A stretch of DNA of 64,000 nt from NCBI GenBank assembly GCA_964016885.1, contig OZ024740.1:205096001-205160000 (forward strand), in the 5' to 3' direction. The position numbers and the translations under genes are program-made. A model generated the notes under the pieces. It saw only the letters and a list, made by a program, of their open reading frames with translations. It made no database searches and was not told the DNA's origin. Positions 25,568-38,634 of the stretch are shown one piece after another (position 1 is the first letter of the stretch; the number at the start of each line of letters is the position of its first letter). Source of the DNA: Eledone cirrhosa. Lineage: Eukaryota.

Positions 25568-26740
25568 TGGCACCGGTCCCATCTAGGAAATGGCCATGCT
25601 CAGTGTGTAGGAAAGGAGTAGGTAGAAACTCCATTTTATGTCCCAAATGCAAAGAATAGGAACATAAAAGATGTAGTGGGATCACAGGTAAACTATCTAA
25701 GAATATAGATTTTATATGTGGTCGGTGCTCTGGTGCAATAAGTAGCAGCAAGTGCCCACAAAATACTAACTCGTTCCATTGCACAGATGGTTCTATAGAA
25801 ATAGTGGACAGCTTCCGTTACCTGGGTGATAAAATCAGCAGTGGGGGAGGGTGCTCTGAAAGTACAGTAGCTAGGGTCAGAACGGGATGGAAAAAGTTCA
25901 GAGAGCTTATACCACTATTGGCCGCTAAAGGGTTCTATCTAAAAATGAAGGGCAGGCTGTATGATGCCTGCATACGAACAGCAATGTTGCATGGCAGTGA
26001 GACCTGGGCATTGTGTGTAGAGGATATATGCAGACTGGAGAGAAACGAAGCTTGCATGCTCCGCTGCATGTGTAATAGTAACATACGTGAACGGCAAAGC
26101 ATGAACGTACTAAGGGAGAAATTAGAAATAAGAGGGATCAGATGTTGTTTACTCGAGAGAAGACTACGTTGGTATGGTCACGTGATGCGCATGAAAGACG
26201 ACAGCTGTATAAAAAAGTGCAGGGCAATAAAAATAGACGGTAGCCACGGAGTAGGCAGACCCAGAAAAACCTGGGACGACTTGATAAATTCAGACCACAC
26301 ACCTCTACAAGGCAATGTCACTGGACCGAGAGCTTTGGCGCTACACAGTAATAGAGAAGACCCACCTTACCTAAGTACAAAGTGAAACCTACTACAGTCA
26401 GTAGGCACCTCTAACAAAATACACCCCATCCACACCACCCCTTCAATGTAAAGTTATGTTGGTGTCACAACATCCAGCCCGAAACAAATGAGGTCGTGTA
26501 GGTGTCACGACAAAAAAACACACAGTCCACGCTGTAATGTGGCCGTGTAGGCAACACGGTAAAAACCTCCCAGTTCCACACTGTAAATGTGGTTGGTGTT
26601 AGGAAGGGCATCCAGCCGTAGAAAACCCGCCAGACAGTCCTATGCGAGCGAGACAACCACTCTTGCCTCAAGTGGGAAAACCCCCGTCCAAACCCATGCA
26701 AGCGTGGAATATGGATGTTAAACGATGATGATGATGATGA
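25568..26740 (+). mobile_element. RTE-A 3' fragment
   Basis: PHD-finger region, ORF 25804-26385, 3' UTR, (gat)n tail. Confidence 0.92.
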
Positions 26741-27172
26741 TATATATGTATATTTATATATATGTGTGTGTATATATATATATGTATATGTGTGTGTGTG
26801 TGTTTGTGTATGTATTTGTGTATGTGTATGTATGTGTTTATGTATTTGTATATGTATATTTATGTGTGAGAGTGTGTGTATGTATTTACTTTTTCGTACG
26901 TATGTGTACATGCATTTGTGTGTATTGCTTACCACGCGTGTCTGTTCATCTACCCGTCGCTTGTATCGCTGTCAACTGTTTATTATTTTATTTTTTATAT
27001 ATATTTTTCTTATATTTATTTGCATGTGTGAATATGTAGAGGTGTGTATATTTTTCTAATTTTGTACATTCATATGTACGCATTTATGTATGTGTATGTA
27101 TGTACGTGTGTATATAGGTATGATTGGGTGCATGTATGTATGTATGCGTATGGCTATGTATTTGTATGCATG

Positions 27173-27229
<57 letters not shown>

Positions 27230-27376
27230 ATATATATGTGTGTATATATGTGTGTGTGGTTGTATATATGTATGTGTATGTATGGATGTGTTGATATTTA
27301 TGTGCGTATGTATGTGTATGTGTGTATTTATATACACATATATATGTGTATATGTGTGTGTGTGTATGTATGAGTG

Positions 27377-27445
<69 letters not shown>

Positions 27446-27740
27446 ATGTATACTTTTGTGTGTGTGTGTGTGTGTTTGCATGTGTGGTTTTATTTTATTT
27501 TTCCTTTCCTTCTTTCTCCAGCCTCACTTTCATATAGATTGCATTTTTGTTTTTAAAATCTAAATTCAATAAACAGACCAGAATTTTTTCATTCTGACGA
27601 TTGAAAGCAAAATTTTTTGCTTTTAAGAAACCACTGGTAAATGGAATAATTGCCTTATGTTGTTTATTACATAACTATTAAGCTCTGTTACCTACATAGA
27701 GCACTCTTTTTTCCTGGACTTTTCCGACGGAATTACTTCA
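26740..27740 (+). mobile_element. HH4 element; hammerhead at 27588-27646
   Basis: ttcatt CUGACGA ttgaaagcaaa-att-tttgcttttaa GAAA ccactgg UA aatggaa. Confidence 0.8.
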
Positions 27741-27775
27741 CATATATAATATATATTATATATATATATATATAT

Positions 27776-27807
<32 letters not shown>

Positions 27808-27977
27808 ATATTATATATATATATATACATATATATATATTAGAAAGTGAGGTTTTTTTTACAAATTGAAAAATAACCGAGGTGTCCTACACGAGTGAAA
27901 GTATAAAGAAAAAAAGATGAAATCGAAAATGCAACTGGAGTCTTATTAAAAAAAAAAATATATATATTTATTTGGTT

Positions 27978-28015
27978 CCTTTACCGGTTTCGCAGTTCTT
28001 CTGCTTTTCAAAAGG
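27978..28015 (-). ncRNA. Minimal hammerhead, U3-A8 core variant (HH5)
   Basis: Reverse complement of 29823-29860. Confidence 0.72.
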
Positions 28016-29822
28016 TGAGTTGAGATGGAGGGTCTGTGGTTTTTCTCACATCTGGTTGGTCTCTGAATGTTACGTGTTTTATATGGAAAAAGTGGCTCGA
28101 AATGCCAGGTTTTTCGAGAAGTAATTTGATTGGTTTGTCAATAATTATAATAAATTTCGCGCCAGTGCACATCTAGACATTTGCGCAAGTAATAAGACAC
28201 CCAAATTCCAAGTCTTCCCATTTTACCTTTGCGCTAACAATACAACAGAACAAATACAAATAAATAAGGAAAATATGTTTATTCAAAAATATAGACCAGC
28301 ATTAAATATGGTTTAATATATATTATGTCAACACCATAATATGACATACACACACTGTAAATGTAGTTGGGAAGGGCATCCAGCTGTAGAAAACCCGCCA
28401 GACAGTCCTATGCGAGCAAGACAATCACTCTTGCCTCAAGTGGGAAAACCCCCGTCCAAACCCATGCAAGCGTGGAACACGGACGTTAAACGATGATGAT
28501 GATGATGATGATGATGATACACACACATAACACCTTCTACTTTAGAAAATAAAAACCCGAAATAAACCTTAACATACGTTTGCACTGACAATACAACAGA
28601 ACAAATACGAATAAGGAAAATATGTTCATTCAAAAATATTCCTACTAAAGGAATCATTTTCCCACACACACACACACACAATATATATATATATATATAT
28701 ATTCTCTTCATCTTAACATGCTAACCATACTCCCACACACATAACACCCATACACACACATAACAACCCCCACACCCACAACTCCCTCCCCCATTTCTAC
28801 TAATAGAACCACTTTCCTACACACATATATACACACACACAAAATATATATTCTCTCCATCTTAACATACTCGCACACACACACATAACACCCATATACA
28901 CACACACACAACTCCCTCCCCCATTTCTACTAATAGAATCATCTTCCAATACACACATACAGACACACACACAGACACACAAGCACACAAATAAACATAC
29001 ATATCTTCACTTCAATAGAAAATCTGAACTCTGACACCCCAGCGAACTAACCATATTCACTGAACCAGAACAATTCTCCCAATGCCATTTCTCTTGACCA
29101 CTATCTTTCCATTGTCATAACATTCTCTATAAAGGCTACAGAATAGATTTCCAAATAAGGGCGCAGAAATGTAATGAAAACTTGTTCACGTGACAGCCAA
29201 ATTTCATTTATAACCAATCAAATCACGTTTATTTAAAAAAAAGCCTTCATGAACCACCTTTTTTTAAAGTAAAGAAATTCAAACACAACACACACACACA
29301 CACACACAAGCACACAGATAAACAAACATATCTTTACTTTCTTTATTCAATAGAAAATCTGAATTCTGACACCCCAGCGAACTAACCATATTCACTGAAC
29401 CAGAACAATTCTCCCATCCCTTTCTCTTGACCATTATCTTTCACTTATCATAAAATTCTCTAAAAAGGCTACAGAATGGGTTTCCAAATAAGGGCATGAA
29501 AATTTAATGAAAACTTGTTCATGTGACAGCCATAATTTCATTTATAACCAACCACAAAAAAGCCTTCGTGAGCCCCTTTTTTCAAGTAAAAAGAAATTCA
29601 AACACTCATATATGAAAAAACAACCTGTGACAATCACCCCACCTCTTATTTGAAGAACTATTGTAACGCAAACTGGCGCAAAATTTATTATAATTATTGA
29701 CAAACCAATCAAATTACTTCTCGAAAAACCTGGCATTTCGAGCCACTTTTTCCATATAAAACAAGTAACATTCAGAGACCAACCAGATATGAGAAAAACC
29801 ACAGACCCTCCATCTCAACTCA

Positions 29823-29860
29823 CCTTTTGAAAAGCAGAAGAACTGCGAAACCGGTAAAGG
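29823..29860 (+). ncRNA. Minimal hammerhead, U3-A8 core variant (HH5)
   Basis: cctt UUGAAAA gcag-aagaa-ctgc GAAA ccgg UA aagg. Confidence 0.75.
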
Positions 29861-29929
29861 AACCAAATAAATATATATATTTAAAAAAAAAATAAGACTC
29901 CAGTTGCATTTTCGAATTCATCTTTTTTT

Positions 29930-29975
<46 letters not shown>

Positions 29976-30287
29976 TATACATATATATTATATATATGCC
30001 CACCTAAATACATTCTTACATGAATGTATATTAGGCTTCTACATAAACTGGAAATATTCTCCCAATTTGTAGAAAACTTATAATGAAACAATTGTTTGGA
30101 AAGAGAGATGTATTTTAACTTTAATTATATCTCATAAAATAATACAACTGGCTTTTCCACATAATACATATTGTTAGCACCCCAAACACTTAAATTGGGT
30201 TTATATTAAAATATAACCTAATGTTTGTTGAGTGAGATGGTTACCAGTCAGAGTTTAGCTTTAAACTATCTCTGTTATTGTATTAAA

Positions 30288-30318
30288 TATATATATATAT
30301 ATATATATATATTATACA

Positions 30319-30364
<46 letters not shown>

Positions 30365-30375
30365 TATATTACACA

Positions 30376-30433
<58 letters not shown>

Positions 30434-30448
30434 TATATATATTACACA

Positions 30449-30510
<62 letters not shown>

Positions 30511-30514
30511 CACA

Positions 30515-30574
<60 letters not shown>

Positions 30575-30621
30575 TATATTACACATATATATATTATATA
30601 TTATATATATATATATATTAT

Positions 30622-30653
<32 letters not shown>

Positions 30654-30696
30654 ATATATATATTATATATTATATATATATTATATATATATATAT

Positions 30697-30727
<31 letters not shown>

Positions 30728-31177
30728 ATATATATATAAATATATATATATATATAATTATATATATATTATATATATATAATATATATATATATTATAT
30801 ATATTATATATATATATATATATTATACATATATATATATATATATATTATATATATTATATTATATATATATATTATATATATATATTATATATATTAT
30901 ATTATATATATATATTATATATATATATTATATATATATATATTATACATATATATATTATATTATATACAGTATTTTCCGTTGTGTTGTAATATAAATA
31001 TTACACATATATATATTATACATTATATATATATATATATATAATATATATATATTACACATATATATATTATACATTATATATATATATATATATAATA
31101 TATATATATTACACATATATATATTATACATTATATATATATATATATAATATATATATATTACACATATATATATT

Positions 31178-31214
<37 letters not shown>

Positions 31215-31350
31215 TATATATATTACACATATATATATTATACATATATATATATATATATATTATATTATATATATATATATATATTATATTATATATA
31301 TATATATATATATTATATATTATATATATATTATATATATATATATATAT

Positions 31351-31381
<31 letters not shown>

Positions 31382-31390
31382 ATATATATA

Positions 31391-31423
<33 letters not shown>

Positions 31424-31630
31424 ATATATATATATATTATATATATATAATATATATATATTATATATATATAATATATATATATATTATATATATTATA
31501 TATATATATATATTATACATATATATATATATATATATTATATATATTATATTATATATATATATTATATATATATATTATATATATTATATTATATATA
31601 TATATTATATATATATATATTATATTATAT
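30288..31630. repeat. Complex (TA)n array with internal duplication
   Basis: acagtattttccgttgtgttgtaatataaatattacaca occurs at 30969 and 31631. Confidence 0.85.
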
Positions 31631-31782
31631 ACAGTATTTTCCGTTGTGTTGTAATATAAATATTACACACAGTAGATTGACAGCTCACGTAGAGTTTGCT
31701 CGATGGTTCCAGTTGTAGTTCCAAAAGTAATCCGGAGAAAAATAGAAAGATTTGAATGGATACAGTTTAGTTGAAAGGAATT

Positions 31783-31901
31783 TATTGACACGTGTTTCTA
31801 TAACAGTTACATAACCTGAAAACAGCTGCTATCTACAAAGTATTAGTTATGCAGACATTCAATATTTCAATGTTATTATTTACTGTCATTTCATCAGAAT
31901 A
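31783..31901 (-). ncRNA. Type I hammerhead with long stem II (HH6), in a non-coding element ~31631-32530
   Basis: Minus strand: tatt CUGAUGA a-atgacagt[~75 nt]actgttat-a GAAA cacgtg UC aata. Confidence 0.7.
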
Positions 31902-32669
31902 ATATTACTGAGGACCTGTTTGGTTTTTATAGAGAATATTAGGAGGGAGGGGTGAAGTTGTTAGAAGAATAGTTGAGGGAGTGGTTTTTTGATAGCAGTG
32001 AGAATTTTTGGTGGCAGTGAGTAATTAGATTCCCATCTGTTGTTTTGACATTTTTATAGAATATATTATTGGTTATTTTTCTAAATCTATAGAAGGATTA
32101 GAGATAGTAAAGATATGCATGGTTGGTTTTGTGTTTGCACTTAATTAACATTCAGACTTAAATTTTTCTTTCAAGTGTATGTATCCTTTCACCCACGCAT
32201 TCACACACAAACATATTTGCACACCTCTACAAAATACATATACTCACATTCACATAGTAACATGTTCATACTTACATACATATATACATGCATACATATA
32301 TATATACACACATGTATTCATGTACATACGCGTTCATGTGTATACATTTTTATACTCAACTTATCTTTCTCTGGAGTAGTATTGCGGACGAAGTTTTATG
32401 TTCTGTAGTGTATTGTCTGTTTTTTACTGTTTTTTTTGTGTTCTTTGTACTTAAGTTTTTAGTGTTTTCGTTTAACCTTCTAGTATTGATCTTTTTTATG
32501 TGTTGTTCAATGTTTAACGCTGTATATGTTTAACACCTCACCAAGACAATGTCACTGGACCGAGACCTTTGGCGGTACTCAGTAATATAATATATGTATA
32601 ATATATGTATATATAATATATATATATTATATATATAATATATATGTATATATATATTATATATAATAC

Positions 32670-32700
<31 letters not shown>

Positions 32701-32957
32701 ATATATATGTATATATATAATATATATATAATATATATGTATATATATATAATATATGTATATATATATTATATATAATATATATATACATATATATTAT
32801 ATATATAATATATATATATATTATATATATATATTATATATATAATGTATATATATTATATATATATACATATATTATATATATATACATATATATTATA
32901 TATATATATATATTATATATATATACATATATATTATATATATATATATATATTAAA

Positions 32958-35550
32958 TATGGTTACGGTTCAAGAAATGAAGAAGGAGTGAGACTTCTTG
33001 AATTTTGTGATGTGGGTACATTGACTATTTGCAACACAAACTTCCAGAAACCTGCCAATCACCTAATAACCTACAAATCTGGTGAGCATATAAGCCAGAT
33101 TGACTTCCTACTAGTTAGGCAGCGGGACAGGCAGATAGTGTCTAATACCAAGGCATACCCTGGGGAAGAATGTACCCCACAGCATAGGTTAGTTGTTAGT
33201 GATATCTCAGTAAGCAAGAGATGGGATGAGACATATAGGAAGGTGTGGAGAAGAAAGGTCTGGAAGCTAAAAGACCTTTCACTAAAATACAAATTTCGGA
33301 AAGCGCTTCAAGATGTACATGACGAAAAAGAAGACGATTTAGAGACGTATGACATAGATAATAACTGGAATATCTTACGTGACAACTTGCTGCAGGCTAC
33401 CGATGAAACTTGTGGCTGGAGCAGAGCTCCAACCAGACAGAGAGTGACCTGGTGGTGGAACAGCACAGTAGATAAGGCTATTAGAGACAAAAGACTAGCA
33501 TGGAAGGCTTGGAAAAAGGGTGGGAGTAGGGAACAATATACAGCCACTAAGAGAGAAGCTAGACGTCAGGTGTACTTAGCACGCAGGGAGGCAGAGAGTA
33601 GGAGGTTTGCCAATGTTCTGCGACGGGAAGATAAGAGGCATGCGGTGTTCCACATTGCAAGGCAGTGTGTCAATGCAAATCAGGATGTTGTTGGTGATAA
33701 ATGTGTCCGGGATGATGCCGGTGTACTTAGTGTCACGAATGATCAGAAAAAGGAGGCCTGGAAATGTCATTATGAGAGACTGATGAATGTGGAGAACGAA
33801 TGGGAGAGAGAGAAATTACCCTTGGTAGATCCGACAGAGGGACCAGCTATTGAGATTGACGAATATAGGGTCCAAGAGGCGATTAGGGAAATGAAAAATG
33901 GTAAGGCTGCCAGACCATCGGGAATAGTTGCTGAGATGCTGAAGGCATCAGGGGACGTAGGCACTAAACTGGTTGCACGCATCATCAATCAGGCTATATA
34001 TGGTGGTGTCATACCCAAAGACTGGTGCAGCAGTATTCTCATAAATTGCTACAAGGGTAAAGGGGATGCTTTGGAGAGGAGCAATTATAGGGGTATAAAA
34101 CTGATAGATCAGGTTATGAAAGTGGCAGAAAGGATTTTAGCACAACTAATTAGAGAAAGGGTCAAACTAGATGAGATGCAGTTTGGTTTTGTGCCTGGGA
34201 AGAGTACAACAGATGCCCTTGGTGAGACAATTGCAAGAGAGGTTCTTAGAGAAGAATAAGCCACTATACTTAGCCTTTGTTGACCTAGAGAAGGCCTTTG
34301 ATAGGGTACCCCGATCTGTCATCTGGTGGTCCCTAAGGAAGCTAGGTGTTGAGGAATGGCTTGTGAGGACAGTGCAAACTTTGTACAGAGGTACTCTCAG
34401 TAAAGTCAGGGTAGGAATGGAGTTTAGTGAGAAATTCCAGATACAAGTAGGAGTACATCAGGATTCGGTCCTCAGCCCGCTCTTGTTCATTATGGTCCTC
34501 CAAGCCATAACAGAGGAGTTTAAGACTGGCTGTCCATGGGAACTTCTCTATGCTGACGATCTGGTTCTTATAGCAGAATCAGTAGAGGAGCTAGAGAATA
34601 AATTCTGGCTATGGAAACAGCAGTTGGAAGCTAGAGGACTGAGAGTGAATCTAGCTAAGACAAAAGTGTTGATGAGTAGAAAAGAGGACAAAACCCTGAT
34701 TCCGTCAGGGAAATGGCCATGTTCGATATGCAGAAAAGGAACTGGCATAAATTCTATAAAATGCACACAATGCAGATCCTGGGTACACAAGAGATGTAGC
34801 GGGATAGCAGGCAAACTAACAGGTAGGGAGAAATATGTATGCAGTCGATGTACAGGGAAATTAGACAGTAGAAGTCGCATTGATAGACACATTTTTCAAA
34901 TGCAGGAGGGTGCTATAGAAGTGGTGGATAGCTTCCGGTACCTAGGAGATCAGATTAGCATGGGAGGAGGGTGTTCCGAGGCCATAGTATCTAGAATAAG
35001 GACGGGTTGGAAGAAGTTTAGGGAGCTGCTTCCTCTGTTGACGAAGAAGGGTTTCTCCCTGCGTACGAAAGGCCGGTTGTATGATGCCTGTGTGAGGAGC
35101 GCGATGCTGCATGGTAGTGAGACACGAGCAGCAACTGCAGAGGATATGCGACGGCTGGAGAGAAATGAGGCAAGCATGCTCCGTTGGATGTTCAGTGTAA
35201 ATGTGCGTGGACGACCCAGCATAAATGTGTTGAGAGAGAAACTGTGTCTGAGAGGGATAGAATGTAGTGTACGGGAGAGGAGACTGAGGTGGTATGGACA
35301 TGTGATGCGCATGGAGGATGACCGATGGGTGAAGAAGTGCCATGAATTGCCAGTTGAAGGAAGACGTGGTAGAGGTAGACCACGAAAAACATGGGCGGAG
35401 GTGGTGAGAACAGACCTCAGATCATTGAAGCTCACGGTGGAGATGACAAGGGACCGTGACAAATGGAGAGATGCTGTGCTGAATAAGACCCGTCCCACCC
35501 TTGCAAGCAGAGAAAAGCGGACGTAAAATGATGATGATGATGATGATGAT
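32958..35550 (+). mobile_element. RTE-clade LINE family C, 5'-truncated, one frameshift
   Basis: ORF 32988-34259 (end of APE plus RT start) and ORF 34171-35526 (RT with YADD and PHD-like finger); the stop is directly followed by (gat)n. Confidence 0.94.
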
Positions 35551-35839
35551 ATATTATATATAATATATATATACATATATATTATAGATATATATATATT
35601 ATATATAATATACGGGGTAACAAATAATAGTTATATGCAGTCCACTTAGGTGTAGTCCAGTTATGGTACTCCGGGTAGTGGATGATATCAACGCTTGGCT
35701 AAGTTTGACTCAACAAGGCGTTTCCATAGTGATGCTGCGACTACGCTGTAATACCTATGTTGTAAACACTTGGAGTAATAATAAATCAGGAAAGAAGAGT
35801 GACACGGTTTGCTATACAAAAAAGGTTTTTAATCTCATT

Positions 35840-35945
35840 GCTGACAATTGTTTCTCTGAACTGGTAGGTCTAGAGATCGCTATTCGCTTATTGTCGCGTT
35901 ACTCGATCGCCAATACAAAATTATAACCAGTCAGTTCATCGGAGC
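35840..35945 (-). ncRNA. Hammerhead motif in the inverted pseudo-LTR (HH7)
   Basis: Near reverse complement of 38529-38634. Confidence 0.62.
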
Positions 35946-35953
35946 TTGCGAGA

Positions 35954-37717
35954 ATGAAGAGAATATACAGGCATGAAAAGAATATACAGGCTACTATATG
36001 TAGTAGTAATGGCATTCAGTATACTAACGAGGCGATGGAATGGTTCAATAAAATACAAAATAGGGAGACGTGTAACTTCATACAATTTGATATAGACGAC
36101 TACTCTGCATCCATATCCCCAGCCACCCTAGATAAAGCACTTATATTTGCCCAAAATAACTCCGATCTTACCCCTGAGGAAATTGAAATAATAATAGCGG
36201 CTAGAAGGACTATCATAAAATTTGAAAATAGCTACTGGGTAAGAAGAGATAGGATAAACAGCTTCGATATAACAATGGGATCAAATGACTCTGCACAAAT
36301 CACAGACATCGTGGGGCTATTCATAGCACACAACCTACATAAGGAATTCAGTAACCTCCAAGGAGGGATTTATAGAGACGACACGCTCCTTATAGCTAAG
36401 AACTTAAACAACCAGAGCATGGAAAGATTAAGAAAAAGCATTAGAACATTCTTAAAAAAACTAGGCTTAAGTATTACCTACGAACTGAACCATAAGAAGG
36501 TAAACTTTCTAGATGTGACTCTAAATCTAAATACGGGATTAATAGAACCTTTCCACAAAAATAATGAAAATCTGGCCGACATTAGTTATAACTCAAACCA
36601 CCCCAAATCCATAATCAGATCCATAGCACGTAGTATATCCCTTCGAATATCCCACTTATCCTCAAACCTAGAAATCTTTAACGAACATGCTAACTATTAT
36701 AACGCAGCATTACGTAGGGCCGGACATAAAGATAAACTACAGTATATAATGAATAAAGACAACGTAAACAATCCTAATAGCAACTACACCAACCGCTCAC
36801 ACAATAATATAAGTAACTGCACTAGACATAGGGTTAGGCACGTAGCACCTAGAGTGAACGGTCAAAACACTAATAACGTAAACCCAAGAAACAATAGAAG
36901 AATCAGAGAAAGAAAATACCTATGGTTCAACCCAATCTTCAACTCCTCTGTAAAAACCAGACTGCTTTCTACATTCTTTAAACTAATAGATAAACACTTC
37001 CCTATTTCACATAGATATCATAAAATACTCAATACTATAAAACACTCATACTCTACGGCAGCAAATATAGAATCGCACATACGCAAGATCAACCACAGAA
37101 ATATCTCTAGGGAATCAGCCCCACCTATGTGCAACATAGCACCACATTATAAGCATAAACACATCACAGTATCACAACCGCAAGCATATACAAGCGCGCA
37201 GCAGCAAAACCCCAACGGGCATGAATCACAACCCACTTATAGCAGAGTATTAAACAGCAGTGTAGAAGCTGCACGAAATAACACCTCAAACTGTAACTGT
37301 CACCTACCGGATAGGTACCCATTGGTGAATAGATGCCTCGATTCGAGCCTAGTGTACATGTTTACGGTCAACTCAGACAACTCCACCTGGCATTACATTG
37401 GGTCCACCGTGGATACTTTTAAAAAAAGATGGTATGTGCACAGGCACTTGATTAAAAATCGTGCACTTATGGGTTCTACGACCCTCGCCAAAAAAATATG
37501 GGAACTGAAGGTCAACAACACTAGCTACAGTATCAATTGGTCGAGGTTGTCGGCTGCTAAAACCTACAGTACAGGTATGTCCCACTGTAGGCTATGTGAT
37601 CTAGAACTACTGTATATCCTTAGAAATGTAAAAAGGCTACTTAACAACAAGTTAGAAAGATCAATCTTCTGCAGACACAGGATAGCCACTAAATTCATAA
37701 GATTTAAACCTCCATGA
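35954..37717 (+). CDS. Penelope-type reverse transcriptase + GIY-YIG endonuclease (N-truncated, probably defective)
   Basis: FIQFDI, FDITMGS, GIYRDD, NFLDVTLNL, SNHPKSII, WFNP, CNC...PL...CL, LVY...YIG...FKKRW...H, C..C, LN...E...CRH. The first ~20 codons come from the inverted repeat. Confidence 0.9.
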   Translation: MKRIYRHEKNIQATICSSNGIQYTNEAMEWFNKIQNRETCNFIQFDIDDYSASISPATLDKALIFAQNNSDLTPEEIEIIIAARRTIIKFENSYWVRRDRINSFDITMGSNDSAQITDIVGLFIAHNLHKEFSNLQGGIYRDDTLLIAKNLNNQSMERLRKSIRTFLKKLGLSITYELNHKKVNFLDVTLNLNTGLIEPFHKNNENLADISYNSNHPKSIIRSIARSISLRISHLSSNLEIFNEHANYYNAALRRAGHKDKLQYIMNKDNVNNPNSNYTNRSHNNISNCTRHRVRHVAPRVNGQNTNNVNPRNNRRIRERKYLWFNPIFNSSVKTRLLSTFFKLIDKHFPISHRYHKILNTIKHSYSTAANIESHIRKINHRNISRESAPPMCNIAPHYKHKHITVSQPQAYTSAQQQNPNGHESQPTYSRVLNSSVEAARNNTSNCNCHLPDRYPLVNRCLDSSLVYMFTVNSDNSTWHYIGSTVDTFKKRWYVHRHLIKNRALMGSTTLAKKIWELKVNNTSYSINWSRLSAAKTYSTGMSHCRLCDLELLYILRNVKRLLNNKLERSIFCRHRIATKFIRFKPP

Positions 37718-38528
37718 ATCGAACCGACGTAACATAGCTTTCAACTAGGATACCCACTACTCTGCACGAATCGCCACAGAAATATAATCACTAAGTACAT
37801 TCTAGCCTTCTTAGTTTTATACCACGCTAATGTCTGTAAGTACCTCATCAACCCATAAACTTATCTCTTCTCAGCTGCTGTCATCACTTGATCCTAAATC
37901 CAAGAACATTTCAAAATACTACTGCAACAGAACTTTACCTTCCTCTTGCTATAATTATTGTCATCATGTTTTCTCTTTGTATGTATGTATTTGTATGTGT
38001 GTGTGTATATGTATGTGTGCATGTGTGTGTATATTTATGTATATATATATATATATATATTACCTCCTTAACCTCTGTATTAACTTGCCCATTATTTAGC
38101 TTTGTTAGTGTTGTCTTATACATGTATGTTATTGAGGACGAGAAAGATAGACAGCACTCTCATTTAATATAGACCACACAAATTCCACTACAGTGATAAA
38201 TACTTCATCGGTCAGATAAAAACCGACTATTACGGCCACCTGACCTACATTGTTTAAAAACACCAGCTTATCTTTACACTCGATATAATACACCCTACGA
38301 CCGTTTTTACATGTCAATTTTATACATCTGCCTCATGTCAGCTAGTTTTACAAGCTAAAATCGTAGATATACTATACTTCACACCTAGATTGATGTTGTG
38401 ATTATTTCAAATAATTTATTGCTAGCATTGTTGATATTGTTGTTATTGTTCTAACTGAATGTCATTACTACTACATATAGTAGCCTGTATATTCTTTTCA
38501 TGGCTGTATATTCTCTTCATTTTCGCAA

Positions 38529-38634
38529 GCTCCGATGAACTGACTGGTTATAACTTTGTATTGGCGATCGAGTAACGCGAAAATAAGCGGATAGCGATCT
38601 CTAGACCTACCAGTTCAGAGAAACAATTGTCAGC
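38529..38634 (+). ncRNA. Hammerhead motif in the Penelope pseudo-LTR (HH7), U4C core, long stem II
   Basis: gct CCGAUGA a-ctgactggt[~60 nt]accagttcag-a GAAA caattg UC agc. Confidence 0.65.

Larger units (their letters stand above)
27902..29936. mobile_element. HH5 element with terminal inverted repeats (~27902-28166 / ~29672-29936) and an internal ~330-bp tandem duplication
   Basis: Reverse-complement match of the arms; direct repeat ~28975-29290 / ~29305-29605; RTE-A 3' tip inserted at ~28350-28518. Confidence 0.75.

Noticed and set aside
35954-37800. Possible selenocysteine recoding, reported for some Naiad elements
   Set aside because: No in-frame UGA inside this ORF; the terminal TGA is at the expected C-terminus; no SECIS recognised by eye
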